From: an uncultured Atopobium sp.
GTDB taxonomy: Bacteria > Actinomycetota > Coriobacteriia > Coriobacteriales > Atopobiaceae
NCBI GenBank assembly: GCA_964430985.1
Contig: CAYSIC010000005.1
Location: 19,610-83,609 of the forward strand
Direction: 5' to 3'
Length of the DNA stretch: 64,000 bases
The notes beneath the pieces were generated by a model. The model saw nothing but the letters and a program-made list of their open reading frames with translations, made no database searches and was not told the DNA's origin. This document shows, piece by piece, positions 56,136 to 64,000 of this stretch. A program made the position numbers and the translations under genes. Every line of letters starts with the position of its first letter. Position 1 is the stretch's first letter.

Positions 56136-57104
56136 ATGGAGCTCACCAGAGATGACGAGAGAGCCCGTAGGATCTGCTCGCTCGCACTTGAGTTCATGAA
56201 TGCCCGCGCGCCCCTCACGTCCTCGTCCGTCGCGCGCGCCTTCTATCCGAAGCTCGCTCCCAACAGCTTTCACAAGGCCTTCGCGCGCGACCGAGCCATG
56301 CTCGCCGACTGCGGCGTACTCGTAGAGGAGCGCACGAGCGCGGGCGAGGAGTCCTCGTGGGAAGTCAATGAGGAGCGCTCCTTCGCCCAGGGCGCCGAGC
56401 TCGGTGCCGTCGAGGCCATGACCCTGGAGCTCGCCTGCCGTCCCCTGCTCACCGAGGGGAGCTTCCCCTTTGCCGGCGAGCTGCGCTTCGCACTTGCAAA
56501 GCTCAACCGCGCCTTCGCGGAGTCCGTCAGGGGGGAGGGTGGGCACGCGGCGGGCGAGAGCCGCCAGCTGGCCGCCTTGCGCACCTGCCTGGTCACGCGG
56601 CACGCGGCGTCTGCCACCTACGTCGACGCGCACGGGCACGAGTCCGAGCGCGTCATCGCCCCCTACGGCTTCTTTGACCTGCGTGGCGTTCTCTACCTCG
56701 TGGCGGGTCGCATCGACGTACCGGTGACGGACGCCAAAGGTACCATACGCACCTATCGCGTCGATCGCTTCTCGCGTGTCAAAGAGGATACGCGGACTAC
56801 CTTTGAGGTGCCTCCCGACTTTAACGTGGATGACTGGAGGCTGCTCCCGTTCCAGATAGGCAACGTCATTACAGACGCCACCTTTGAGGTTCCCCCCGCG
56901 CGTGAGGAGGAGGTCAGGCGGGCCTCCCTGGGGCACGGTCACTTTGAGCGGCGCCAGGAGACCCTGGTGTGGCACGTCGAGGCCAGCTCGCTCGCGGATG
57001 CCGCAAGCTGGGCAGTCGCCCAGGGAATCAGGCCCCTGAGCCCCCCGGGGCTCGTCGATGCCTGGAGAGCGGTGCTCGAGGGGGCGCTTGCCCATGTCTC
57101 GTAG
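56136..57104 (+). CDS. WYL-domain transcriptional regulator, PafB/PafC-like (first of pair)
   Basis: N-terminal winged-HTH-like region, a central WYL domain (VIAPYGFFDLRGVLYLVAG...YRVDRFS) and a C-terminal extension. SD GAGGAGG. Confidence 0.75.
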   Translation: MELTRDDERARRICSLALEFMNARAPLTSSSVARAFYPKLAPNSFHKAFARDRAMLADCGVLVEERTSAGEESSWEVNEERSFAQGAELGAVEAMTLELACRPLLTEGSFPFAGELRFALAKLNRAFAESVRGEGGHAAGESRQLAALRTCLVTRHAASATYVDAHGHESERVIAPYGFFDLRGVLYLVAGRIDVPVTDAKGTIRTYRVDRFSRVKEDTRTTFEVPPDFNVDDWRLLPFQIGNVITDATFEVPPAREEEVRRASLGHGHFERRQETLVWHVEASSLADAASWAVAQGIRPLSPPGLVDAWRAVLEGALAHVS

Positions 57105-58032
57105 CCTTCCCGCGGCCGGACGACCCGGTGCCCTCGACGAGGCCCGCGAGCTCGTGGCCCTTGTCGCCAGCCTGAGCGAGAGCGGGGACGCTCTCACCGC
57201 GGATGCCGTGTCCAGCCGCCTCGCCGTAGACTCAAAACATGCCGAGAAGCTCGTTGAGCTCGTCTGCACGGCAACCACGAGCGACGAGGTCCCGCTTCCC
57301 CTCGTGTCTGAGGACGAAGGACGCGAGGTCACGCTGAACCTCGTCCCCGAGGGCCTGCGCGGCAGGCGTCTGCGGCTCACCCGCTCCGAGACCGTCGCCC
57401 TCGTCGCGGCGCTGGAGCGCCTGGGCGTCGACGAGGGTGATCCGCTTCTTAGGAGGCTCTCTGACTCCCTCTCCCAGGAGGGCCTCGATCCCGAGCTCGT
57501 CAAACACCGCCTGGGAACCCTTCCAGACCAGGACGTATCACAGATCATCGCCACCTGTGCCCTCGCTCGCGTGAGGCGAGAGGAGCTGGGATTTGGCTAC
57601 CAAAGGGTCGGCGAGAAAATCAAGGAGGAGCGTCGCGTGATCCCCCGCGCGCTACGGCACGAGGGTGATTCCTGGTACCTCGATGCCCTTGACCTTGACC
57701 GACGGGGGGTAAGGACCTTCCGCGTCGACCGCATGGCGCACGCCCGGTGCCTGGGGCCCGCCCACGAGGCCGGCGACGGCCAGAGAGGGCGCCAAAGACT
57801 CGTAGACGTCACCTTCTCGGACGAGCGCTACCTGCAGCTGCTGCCCTGGCACGGCCTCGAGGCGCAGGGGCCGGACGCGAACGGTCACGTGCGCGCCACG
57901 GTGCCCTACTACGGGGGATCCTGGCTACCCCGGATGCTCGCCGCTTGCGCGGGCACGGCCACGACCAGCGACGCAGATGTCAACGAGGCCGTGCGCGCGT
58001 ATGCCAGCTCACTGATCGAGGGGCAACTCTAG
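57094..58032 (+). CDS. WYL-domain transcriptional regulator, PafB/PafC-like (second of pair)
   Basis: Overlaps the first gene by 11 nt. WYL core (RVIPRALRHEGDSWYLDALDLDRRGVRTFRVDRM). Confidence 0.75.
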   Translation: MSRSLPAAGRPGALDEARELVALVASLSESGDALTADAVSSRLAVDSKHAEKLVELVCTATTSDEVPLPLVSEDEGREVTLNLVPEGLRGRRLRLTRSETVALVAALERLGVDEGDPLLRRLSDSLSQEGLDPELVKHRLGTLPDQDVSQIIATCALARVRREELGFGYQRVGEKIKEERRVIPRALRHEGDSWYLDALDLDRRGVRTFRVDRMAHARCLGPAHEAGDGQRGRQRLVDVTFSDERYLQLLPWHGLEAQGPDANGHVRATVPYYGGSWLPRMLAACAGTATTSDADVNEAVRAYASSLIEGQL

Positions 58033-58058
58033 GCGGGCCGCTCGCGGGCGGCTCGGCG

Positions 58059-60998
58059 CTACTCGTGCGAGGCGCGCCACAGCTCGAGATAGCGACCCAC
58101 GTTGTTGCCTTCGAGCTTGGTCACGCTCCTCGACGGCAGGGAGCCCACGAAGAGGCGACCGTAGCCCTTGGAGGAGATGCGGGAGTCCGCGAGCACCAGC
58201 ACGCCCGTGTCATCCGAAGAGCGAATGAGTCGACCGGCGGCCTGCTTGACCGAGATGACGGCCTCGGGCAGCGAGTGCTTCCACCAGGCTCGATCCTCGC
58301 GCAGGTCGCGCTCGCGCACGAGCGGGTCGTTCGGACTCGCAAAGGGGAGCTTGGGGATGACCACGCAGCGCAGGGTGTCACCCGTAGCGTCGAAGCCCTC
58401 CCAGAACGACTTGAGCGCGAGCAGTGAGAGGCTCTTCTCGGCCACGAAGCGCTGACGCAGTCGGCGTGCGGAGGACCCCTTGGACTGACAGGCCACATCG
58501 AGACCCACGCCGGCGAGGCGAGGGCGCAGGGCCTCGTAGACGCGCTCCATGTCACGCCTGTTGGTGAAGAGCGTGAGTACGGAGCCGCCCATGGCACGGT
58601 GGACGTCAAAGAGCAGGTCCTCGAGAGCCCCCAGGTAGGCGCGATCGTTGGGCGCAGGCAGGTCCCGGGCCACCACGACCGACATGTGGGCGTCGTAGTC
58701 GAAGCTCGAGTCGAGCCGCACGTCACGATGGGCGGCCGCAGGCAGCTCCGAGAGCCCCACGGCGTGGTCGAAGTGCGAGAAGTCGTCGCCCACGGCGATG
58801 GTCGCCGAGGTGAAGATCACACTCTGCATCTCGGGGAGCCAGCGCTCGGCAAGATCGGCTCCCACGTCAATCTTCTCGGCGACGAGCCTCTCGGATCCTA
58901 TGCGCCTCTTGGAACGGGAGAGGTGAGCCGAGAAGACATAGCTGGGGTCGTCGGCCGCGCAGATGAGCCGCAGATTGGCGAGAAGGTCGCTCAGAAAGCG
59001 CGTGGAGTCTCCGAGGTCGGCCGCGAGCTGGGGAGCCTCCGGGGAGAGCGCAGACGCAGCGGCGGCGAGCTGGCGCACCGCCTCGTCAAGGGAGTCGGCC
59101 GCGCGGCCTCCCGCCTCGACCACGGCGGCCCACGCGGGCGTGTCGCGCACCTCGTCCGAGATCCAGAGCGTCACGGTGTCGTAGCCGCCTCCTGCCTTGG
59201 CCACGGAGCCCAGCTCATGCACGCAGACGAAGAGATCCGCCACCGCCACCGCGGACCGACTCACACACACGGACGCCTTGGCGAGAAGACCCGTCACAAG
59301 AGTCGAGGACTCGAGTGCGGCCACGGAGGTCATCAGGGTGTGGATGACGCCGCTCTTGGTGCCTCCCAGGAGCTCGAAGGCGCCGCGTGCCTCCTCGCCA
59401 GAGACTTCGACGGCCCACTGCCGGCGCGCCTCGGCCTCGAAGCCGTGCGCCTCGTCGACGACCCAGTTGCGCACCGGAGGAAGGATCTTGCCCTCTGCGG
59501 CAACGTTTCTGAGCAGCAGCGAGTGGTTGGTCACCACCACGTCCGCGCAGGCGGCTCGACGGCGCGCGCCGTGCAGCAGGCACTCGTGGGGGAAATAGGG
59601 GCACCGGGTGCGCAGGCACTCCCCCGGCGTTGTGGTGAGCATGGACCGGGGCACGTAGCGCCAGCGAATCCCCAGGGCATCGAGGTCTCCGTCGGGAGAC
59701 TGGCACGCGAAGGCGTAGGTCACGGCGATGGCCGTGAGCTGGTCGGAGGCCACGGCATTCTCGGAGCGTCCATCGTGGGCGACCAACGAGAGCGGCAGGT
59801 CCTCGGATGCGGCGCGATCGAGCCGGTACAGGCAGGGGTAGTGGTCATAGCCCTTGAGGCTCGTGAAGACGAGGCCGCCAGGAAGGGCAGCCGCGAGCGC
59901 GGGGAGCTCATGGGAGACGAGTTGGTCGGTCAGGGCGTTCGTTTTGGTGGCGACGCCCACGGTGACGTTGTTCCTCTGGGCAAAGAGCACCTCGGGGAGC
60001 AGGTATGCGATGGACTTGCCCACACCCGTGCCCGCCTCGATGGCACGGTGCGTCGAGGTGGCCAGGGCGTCGGCCACCTCACACGCCATGCTCACCTGCT
60101 CGGGGCGGCTCTCGAGGCGCTCGTACATGTGCGACACGACGCCCCCCTCGGCAAACCCAGCCGCTACCTCGGAAGCGGAGGGGGCGTTCAGGCACGCGAT
60201 GTCCTGGGCGTCCGCTCGGGGGCTTGCGGGCTTCTCGCGCACGAGCTCCTGGCGCCATTGTCTTAGCGAGAAGGGCTGCGGATCGGGGTCACCCAGCGAT
60301 GCCAGATACGAGAAGACCGGCCTGAAGGACCATCTCACCTCCTCGTGCATCCCCGCGAGAAGCGCGAGCAGGGACTGGGGCAGGTCAAGCAGGGCCAGCA
60401 GGAGGATGCGCCACATGCCGCACAGCGCGTCCACGTCATCACCGGCGCGATGCGTCACCGAGGCGCACCCGAAGGCCTCGGCCATGTCGGCGAGACGATG
60501 CGATGAGAGACGGGGCAGGGCGATGCGGGAGAGGGCGAGTGTGTCGACCCAGGTGTCCGTCACGTCGGCCCCGCCAGGCACCCCCTCTATGAAGGTGCGG
60601 TCGAAGGTGGCGTTGTGCGCGAGAACGGGCGCGCCGCCCACGAACTCGGCGAGCGCGGCCACGGCCTCGCGTGCGCTTGGCGCGTCGGTGACGTCAGCGT
60701 TGCTGATACCCGTGAGCTGCTGGATCTCCGGGGGGATGAGGCCCTCGGGATGCACGAAGGTCTCGAAGCGCCCAATGACCTCGCGGCCGCTGAGACGCGC
60801 GGCAGAGATCTCAATGAGGCTACAGTCCTTGAATGAGAGGCCCGTGGTCTCGGTGTCGAGCACCACGACGTTTTCCTCGAGGGGTCCGAAGTCGGTAGCG
60901 ACGGCGCGCTCGAAGAGGCTCAGATAGCGTGCGCGAACGGCCTCGGGCGTGCCCGGAAGCAGGAGATTCTCGAGGGTTCGGGACGGAGTTTCACTCAT
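58059..60998 (-). CDS. dinG: DinG-family helicase with N-terminal DnaQ-like 3'-5' exonuclease domain
   Basis: Exo motifs (VVLDTETTGL, AHNATFD, and the H..DD region HRAGDDVDAL). SF2/XPD-type helicase motifs (GTGVGKS, VVDEAHGFE, a Cys-containing segment, VLVLADSR). Confidence 0.9.
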   Translation of the reverse strand: MSETPSRTLENLLLPGTPEAVRARYLSLFERAVATDFGPLEENVVVLDTETTGLSFKDCSLIEISAARLSGREVIGRFETFVHPEGLIPPEIQQLTGISNADVTDAPSAREAVAALAEFVGGAPVLAHNATFDRTFIEGVPGGADVTDTWVDTLALSRIALPRLSSHRLADMAEAFGCASVTHRAGDDVDALCGMWRILLLALLDLPQSLLALLAGMHEEVRWSFRPVFSYLASLGDPDPQPFSLRQWRQELVREKPASPRADAQDIACLNAPSASEVAAGFAEGGVVSHMYERLESRPEQVSMACEVADALATSTHRAIEAGTGVGKSIAYLLPEVLFAQRNNVTVGVATKTNALTDQLVSHELPALAAALPGGLVFTSLKGYDHYPCLYRLDRAASEDLPLSLVAHDGRSENAVASDQLTAIAVTYAFACQSPDGDLDALGIRWRYVPRSMLTTTPGECLRTRCPYFPHECLLHGARRRAACADVVVTNHSLLLRNVAAEGKILPPVRNWVVDEAHGFEAEARRQWAVEVSGEEARGAFELLGGTKSGVIHTLMTSVAALESSTLVTGLLAKASVCVSRSAVAVADLFVCVHELGSVAKAGGGYDTVTLWISDEVRDTPAWAAVVEAGGRAADSLDEAVRQLAAAASALSPEAPQLAADLGDSTRFLSDLLANLRLICAADDPSYVFSAHLSRSKRRIGSERLVAEKIDVGADLAERWLPEMQSVIFTSATIAVGDDFSHFDHAVGLSELPAAAHRDVRLDSSFDYDAHMSVVVARDLPAPNDRAYLGALEDLLFDVHRAMGGSVLTLFTNRRDMERVYEALRPRLAGVGLDVACQSKGSSARRLRQRFVAEKSLSLLALKSFWEGFDATGDTLRCVVIPKLPFASPNDPLVRERDLREDRAWWKHSLPEAVISVKQAAGRLIRSSDDTGVLVLADSRISSKGYGRLFVGSLPSRSVTKLEGNNVGRYLELWRASHE

Positions 60999-61001
60999 GC
61001 G

Positions 61002-61970
61002 TCAGATGCTCTTTCCAGCTGCCTCGAGGGCATACTCGACGAATCGGGTGCAGAGCTCGGGGAACTCGACGCCACCGTGGCGGGCAGAGTCGGGCAGCAG
61101 GCTGTTGGCCGTCATCCCAGGAATCGTGTTGGTCTCGAGGATGACGGGCTCCCCTTGGCCCGTAATGATGAAGTCGCTGCGCGAGCAGCCTCGACATCCC
61201 AGTGCGCGATGAGCACGCACGGCGAGCTCCTGTGCCTTTGCGTAGACTCCGGGCTCCAAACGGGCGGGGATCACATGGTGCATCGCGGACGGCTCATACT
61301 TGACCTTAAGGTCGTAGAAGTCCGCACCCGTCACAATCTCAACGATGGGCAGGGCGTAGGGGTCCTCGTTTCCCATGACGGGCACGGTGATCTCCATGCC
61401 CTCGATGCATTCCTCGACCAGGACGCGTCCTCCACCCGCGCTTGCCAGGGAGAGTGCTGCGGGAAGCTGGGAGCGATCAGTCACCCGTGAGATGCCAAAG
61501 CTGGAGCCATTGGAGGCCGGCTTGACGAACAGGGGCAGGCCAAACTCCCCGACGAGGGCGTCGACCTGCTCTTCGGTGAGCGTCGCGCCCGCCGCAAGGT
61601 CGACTCCACGTGGGGCGCGGATGCCGGCGGCGGCGTAGACGGCCTTGGCAAGCTCCTTTTCGGTCGCTACCGCCGAGGCGCTCACCCCGGAAAACGTATA
61701 GGGCATGTGGAGAATCTCAAGGAGGCCCTGGATGCAGCCATCCTCCCCGTAGCGGCCGTGCATGGCCACGAACGCCACGTCGTAGCGGCCACCTTCGAGG
61801 GAGTTCAAGAAGCGTGTGTCGGCAAGATCTAGGAGGTCTACGACCGCAAAGCCCGCGTCAAGGAGGGCCTGTCGGCACTCTCTGGCGGAGCTGAGGGATA
61901 TCTCGCGCTCGTCCGACCATCCCCCTGCGATCACGGCGACTCGTAGGGACTTCAGTGCTTCTCTGTTCAT
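61002..61970 (-). CDS. ddl: D-alanine--D-alanine ligase
   Basis: VAVIAGGWSDEREISLSS, HGRYGEDGCIQGLLE, FVKPASNGSSFG, ILETNTIPGMT. The alternative start at 62015 is also plausible. Confidence 0.9.
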   Translation of the reverse strand: MNREALKSLRVAVIAGGWSDEREISLSSARECRQALLDAGFAVVDLLDLADTRFLNSLEGGRYDVAFVAMHGRYGEDGCIQGLLEILHMPYTFSGVSASAVATEKELAKAVYAAAGIRAPRGVDLAAGATLTEEQVDALVGEFGLPLFVKPASNGSSFGISRVTDRSQLPAALSLASAGGGRVLVEECIEGMEITVPVMGNEDPYALPIVEIVTGADFYDLKVKYEPSAMHHVIPARLEPGVYAKAQELAVRAHRALGCRGCSRSDFIITGQGEPVILETNTIPGMTANSLLPDSARHGGVEFPELCTRFVEYALEAAGKSI

Positions 61971-62079
61971 CGATGCTCCCCCGACGGGCGCAGCCCGTGC
62001 GCTAGACTCGTTCATGGAGGCTCCTCCCTTGCCTGATGAGGATACTCCAGATAGAACACCTTGCGAATTGGGAGTATAC

Positions 62080-63153
62080 ATGCAGCCAGACACCCCTTCG
62101 TCCACCACAAGCGCCACTGGTGAGACTCTCATTGATGTGCACACGCTCTCAAGGCGTGAGCTCGCGGAGCTCCTTGGCGAGCTCGGACAGCCCGCTTTCA
62201 GCGCAAAGCAGATTGAGGAGTGGGTATGGACGAAGAACGCCTCCTCCTTCGACGAGATGAGCAACCTCCCCAAGGCTCTGCGCGAGGAGCTGGCACGCCG
62301 CCTCACCCTGGGAGCCACCGAGGAGGTCGCACGGCAGGTCTCTGTCGACGGCAGCCACAAATACCTCCTGCGCTACCCCGATGGCGTCTCGGTGGAGTGC
62401 GTGGGCATGCCCACTAAGAACCGACTTGCCGTCTGCGCCTCCACGCAAGCGGGGTGCGCCATGGGCTGCGCCTTCTGCGCAACGGGCGCTCAGGGGCTTA
62501 CCCGTTCCCTTACGGCGGCCGAGATATACGAGCAGGTCATGCATGTGCGCGATGACTTCAACATGCGCGTGACAAGCGTCGTTCTCATGGGTCAGGGCGA
62601 ACCCTTCATGAACTATGATGAGTCTCTAGGTGCGTTACGCCTGCTTAACTCCCCCGAGGGGGCCGGCATAGGAGCACGCCACCTCACCGTATCGACCTGT
62701 GGCGTCATCCCCCAGATCATGCGCTTTGCCAAGGAGCCCGAGCAGTTCACGCTTGCCGTCTCTCTGCATTCCGCCATCCAGGCAACCAGAAACGCCCTCA
62801 TGCCAGGCGTGCGCAAGTACACGCTCGTCAATCTCTATGCCGTGATGGGGGAATACGTCAACAAGACCGGGCGGCGGCCCACCTATGAGTACGCCCTCAT
62901 CGGCGGCGTCAACGACACTGACGCCGAGCTCCAGGCCCTCTCCGACTTCTGCGAGGGAACCCTCGCCCACGTGAACCTCATTCAGCTCAACGAGGTCAAG
63001 GGCTCGAAATTCCATCCCTCGACCCCCGCGCGAGCCGAGGACTTCGTGCGGCGGCTCGCGAACGTGGGCGTCGAGGCCACCATAAGGAACTCGCGCGGAG
63101 CGGACATCGATGCAGCATGCGGTCAACTCAAGCAATTGACCGCGCGGCACTAG
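62080..63153 (+). CDS. rlmN: 23S rRNA/tRNA (adenine-C2)-methyltransferase, radical SAM RlmN family
   Basis: CxxxCxxC radical-SAM motif (GCAMGCAFCATG), a C-terminal conserved Cys (DIDAACGQL), 357 aa. SD GGGAG. Confidence 0.9.
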   Translation: MQPDTPSSTTSATGETLIDVHTLSRRELAELLGELGQPAFSAKQIEEWVWTKNASSFDEMSNLPKALREELARRLTLGATEEVARQVSVDGSHKYLLRYPDGVSVECVGMPTKNRLAVCASTQAGCAMGCAFCATGAQGLTRSLTAAEIYEQVMHVRDDFNMRVTSVVLMGQGEPFMNYDESLGALRLLNSPEGAGIGARHLTVSTCGVIPQIMRFAKEPEQFTLAVSLHSAIQATRNALMPGVRKYTLVNLYAVMGEYVNKTGRRPTYEYALIGGVNDTDAELQALSDFCEGTLAHVNLIQLNEVKGSKFHPSTPARAEDFVRRLANVGVEATIRNSRGADIDAACGQLKQLTARH

Positions 63154-63162
63154 TCTCTCTCA

Positions 63163-63200
63163 CCATGAAAGAATAAGAACATATGTTCTTATTCTCATGG
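63163..63200. terminator. long AT-rich palindromic hairpin between convergent genes
   Basis: The perfect 26-bp palindrome agaataagaacatatgttcttattct (63170-63195) is extended by ccatga/tcatgg. It lies between the rlmN stop (63153) and the stop of the minus-strand gene (63211). Confidence 0.6.
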
Positions 63201-63210
63201 TTGGGAGTTT

Positions 63211-63468
63211 CTAATAGCCCAGTGCCTCCCACTGCTCGCGCGTTTCTCTTCTTTGAGCAGATGCAGCCGCCGCGTCCTTTACAGGTTCTGAAGATTGCGA
63301 GATGAGCTCGTCGAGCCTTCGAATCGCAGTGTATGTCGCGTGCGCAGCATCGCGCAGGCTCTTTTGAGCGTTTTCAGAGAGTCCATAGGTATAGACGAGA
63401 TACCCCACCCCTGCAACGGCCCCTACGCCTAGCAGGGTCTTTCTTATGTTCATCATTCCCCTGACCAC
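63211..63468 (-). CDS. small membrane-anchored protein (YtxH-like look, hypothetical)
   Basis: 85 aa. N-terminal TM helix (LLGVGAVAGVGYLVY) followed by a helical charged region. Overlaps the parB stop by 16 nt. Confidence 0.45.
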   Translation of the reverse strand: MVRGMMNIRKTLLGVGAVAGVGYLVYTYGLSENAQKSLRDAAHATYTAIRRLDELISQSSEPVKDAAAASAQRRETREQWEALGY

Positions 63469-64000
63469 GTCCTCGGCCCGCTGAGAAGATCTACTATGCG
63501 CCCAAGCTGATCCTCGTCTTCAAACTCAATCTCAAGCTTGTTCTTGCCCCGAACGTTTTTTACCTTCACGTTCGTGTCAAGCGCTAGGCGAAGCTGACGT
63601 TGGACTCGTTTGAAATAAGCCGGTGCGGGCGTGCGTTGACGAACCTCAACATCTTTGTTGACAGAAAACAATGGTGCAAGGCTTTCTGTCTGGCGTACCG
63701 AGAGACTCTCGTCAACAACCTTCTGCGCGAGACGCTTGCGGCCGTCCTCACTCGGCACCGCAAGGATGGCTCGTGCATGACCTGCGGTGAGCTTCTCGTC
63801 GATTAAAAATTCTTGGACCTCATCAGGTAAATCGAGCAGTCGAAGCGTGTTCGTGATGGTCGAGCGCGACTTGGATAGAATCCGAGCGAGCTCCTCCTGG
63901 GTCAGTCCCTTCTCGTCGATAAGCTGACGATATCCGCGAGCCTCCTCAAGGGGGCTCAGATCGGAACGCTGAAGGTTTTCGATAAGAGCAAGCTTGAAAA
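63453..64000 (-). CDS. parB: ParB/Spo0J chromosome-partitioning protein, N-terminus outside window
   Basis: The frame stays open to the window edge. ENLQRSDLSPLEEARGYRQL, HTH GLTQEELARILSKSRSTITNTLRLL, and LTAGHARAIL. Confidence 0.9.
   Translation of the reverse strand, partial: FKLALIENLQRSDLSPLEEARGYRQLIDEKGLTQEELARILSKSRSTITNTLRLLDLPDEVQEFLIDEKLTAGHARAILAVPSEDGRKRLAQKVVDESLSVRQTESLAPLFSVNKDVEVRQRTPAPAYFKRVQRQLRLALDTNVKVKNVRGKNKLEIEFEDEDQLGRIVDLLSGPRTWSGE

Overview
This is a high-G+C actinobacterial chromosomal window. The gene content suggests Coriobacteriia: pyruvate:ferredoxin oxidoreductase, many membrane-anchored LuxR regulators, QueT, and no proteasome genes next to the PafBC-like pair. 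That assignment is inference from gene content only. A partial parB at the right edge suggests the window lies near the origin-proximal side of the chromosome.

Most of the window is core housekeeping:
- Purine and arginine biosynthesis: purH, purC, purB, argG, argH.
- Central metabolism: pgi, PFOR, deoC.
- Translation: serS, gluQ, rlmN, and six solitary tRNA genes, most with a predicted promoter and/or hairpin terminator.
- Cell envelope: fused MurT-GatD, ddl, and the conserved actinobacterial FhaA-FhaB-PstP-RodA-PbpA-PknB division/elongation cluster.
- Two two-component systems.
- A PafB/PafC-like WYL regulator pair lying convergent to an exonuclease-DinG helicase.

I found no transposase, integrase, CRISPR array, rRNA, or recognisable defence or toxin system.

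The parts that ordinary annotation does not explain are:
1. An AT-rich islet at 7.2-9.9 kb. It carries a small, extremely aromatic protein behind palindromic operator-like sites, followed by a VanZ-like gene and two membrane LuxR paralogs.
2. A gene-free stretch of about 1 kb between argG and tRNA-Lys. It contains a four-copy, roughly 24-bp repeat arranged as two direct plus two inverted copies with exact 40-bp phasing.
3. A gene-free stretch of about 0.7 kb ending in a nested, multi-helix leader of about 190 nt. Its outer helix pairs with the ribosome-binding site of a glutaredoxin-like gene.
4. Tandem LexA-type (GAAC-N4-GTTC) boxes on the promoter of a hypothetical gene.
5. Two natural gene fusions, RodA-PbpA and MurT-GatD.

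All functional calls come from reading the translated ORFs and motifs by eye. No database search was possible.
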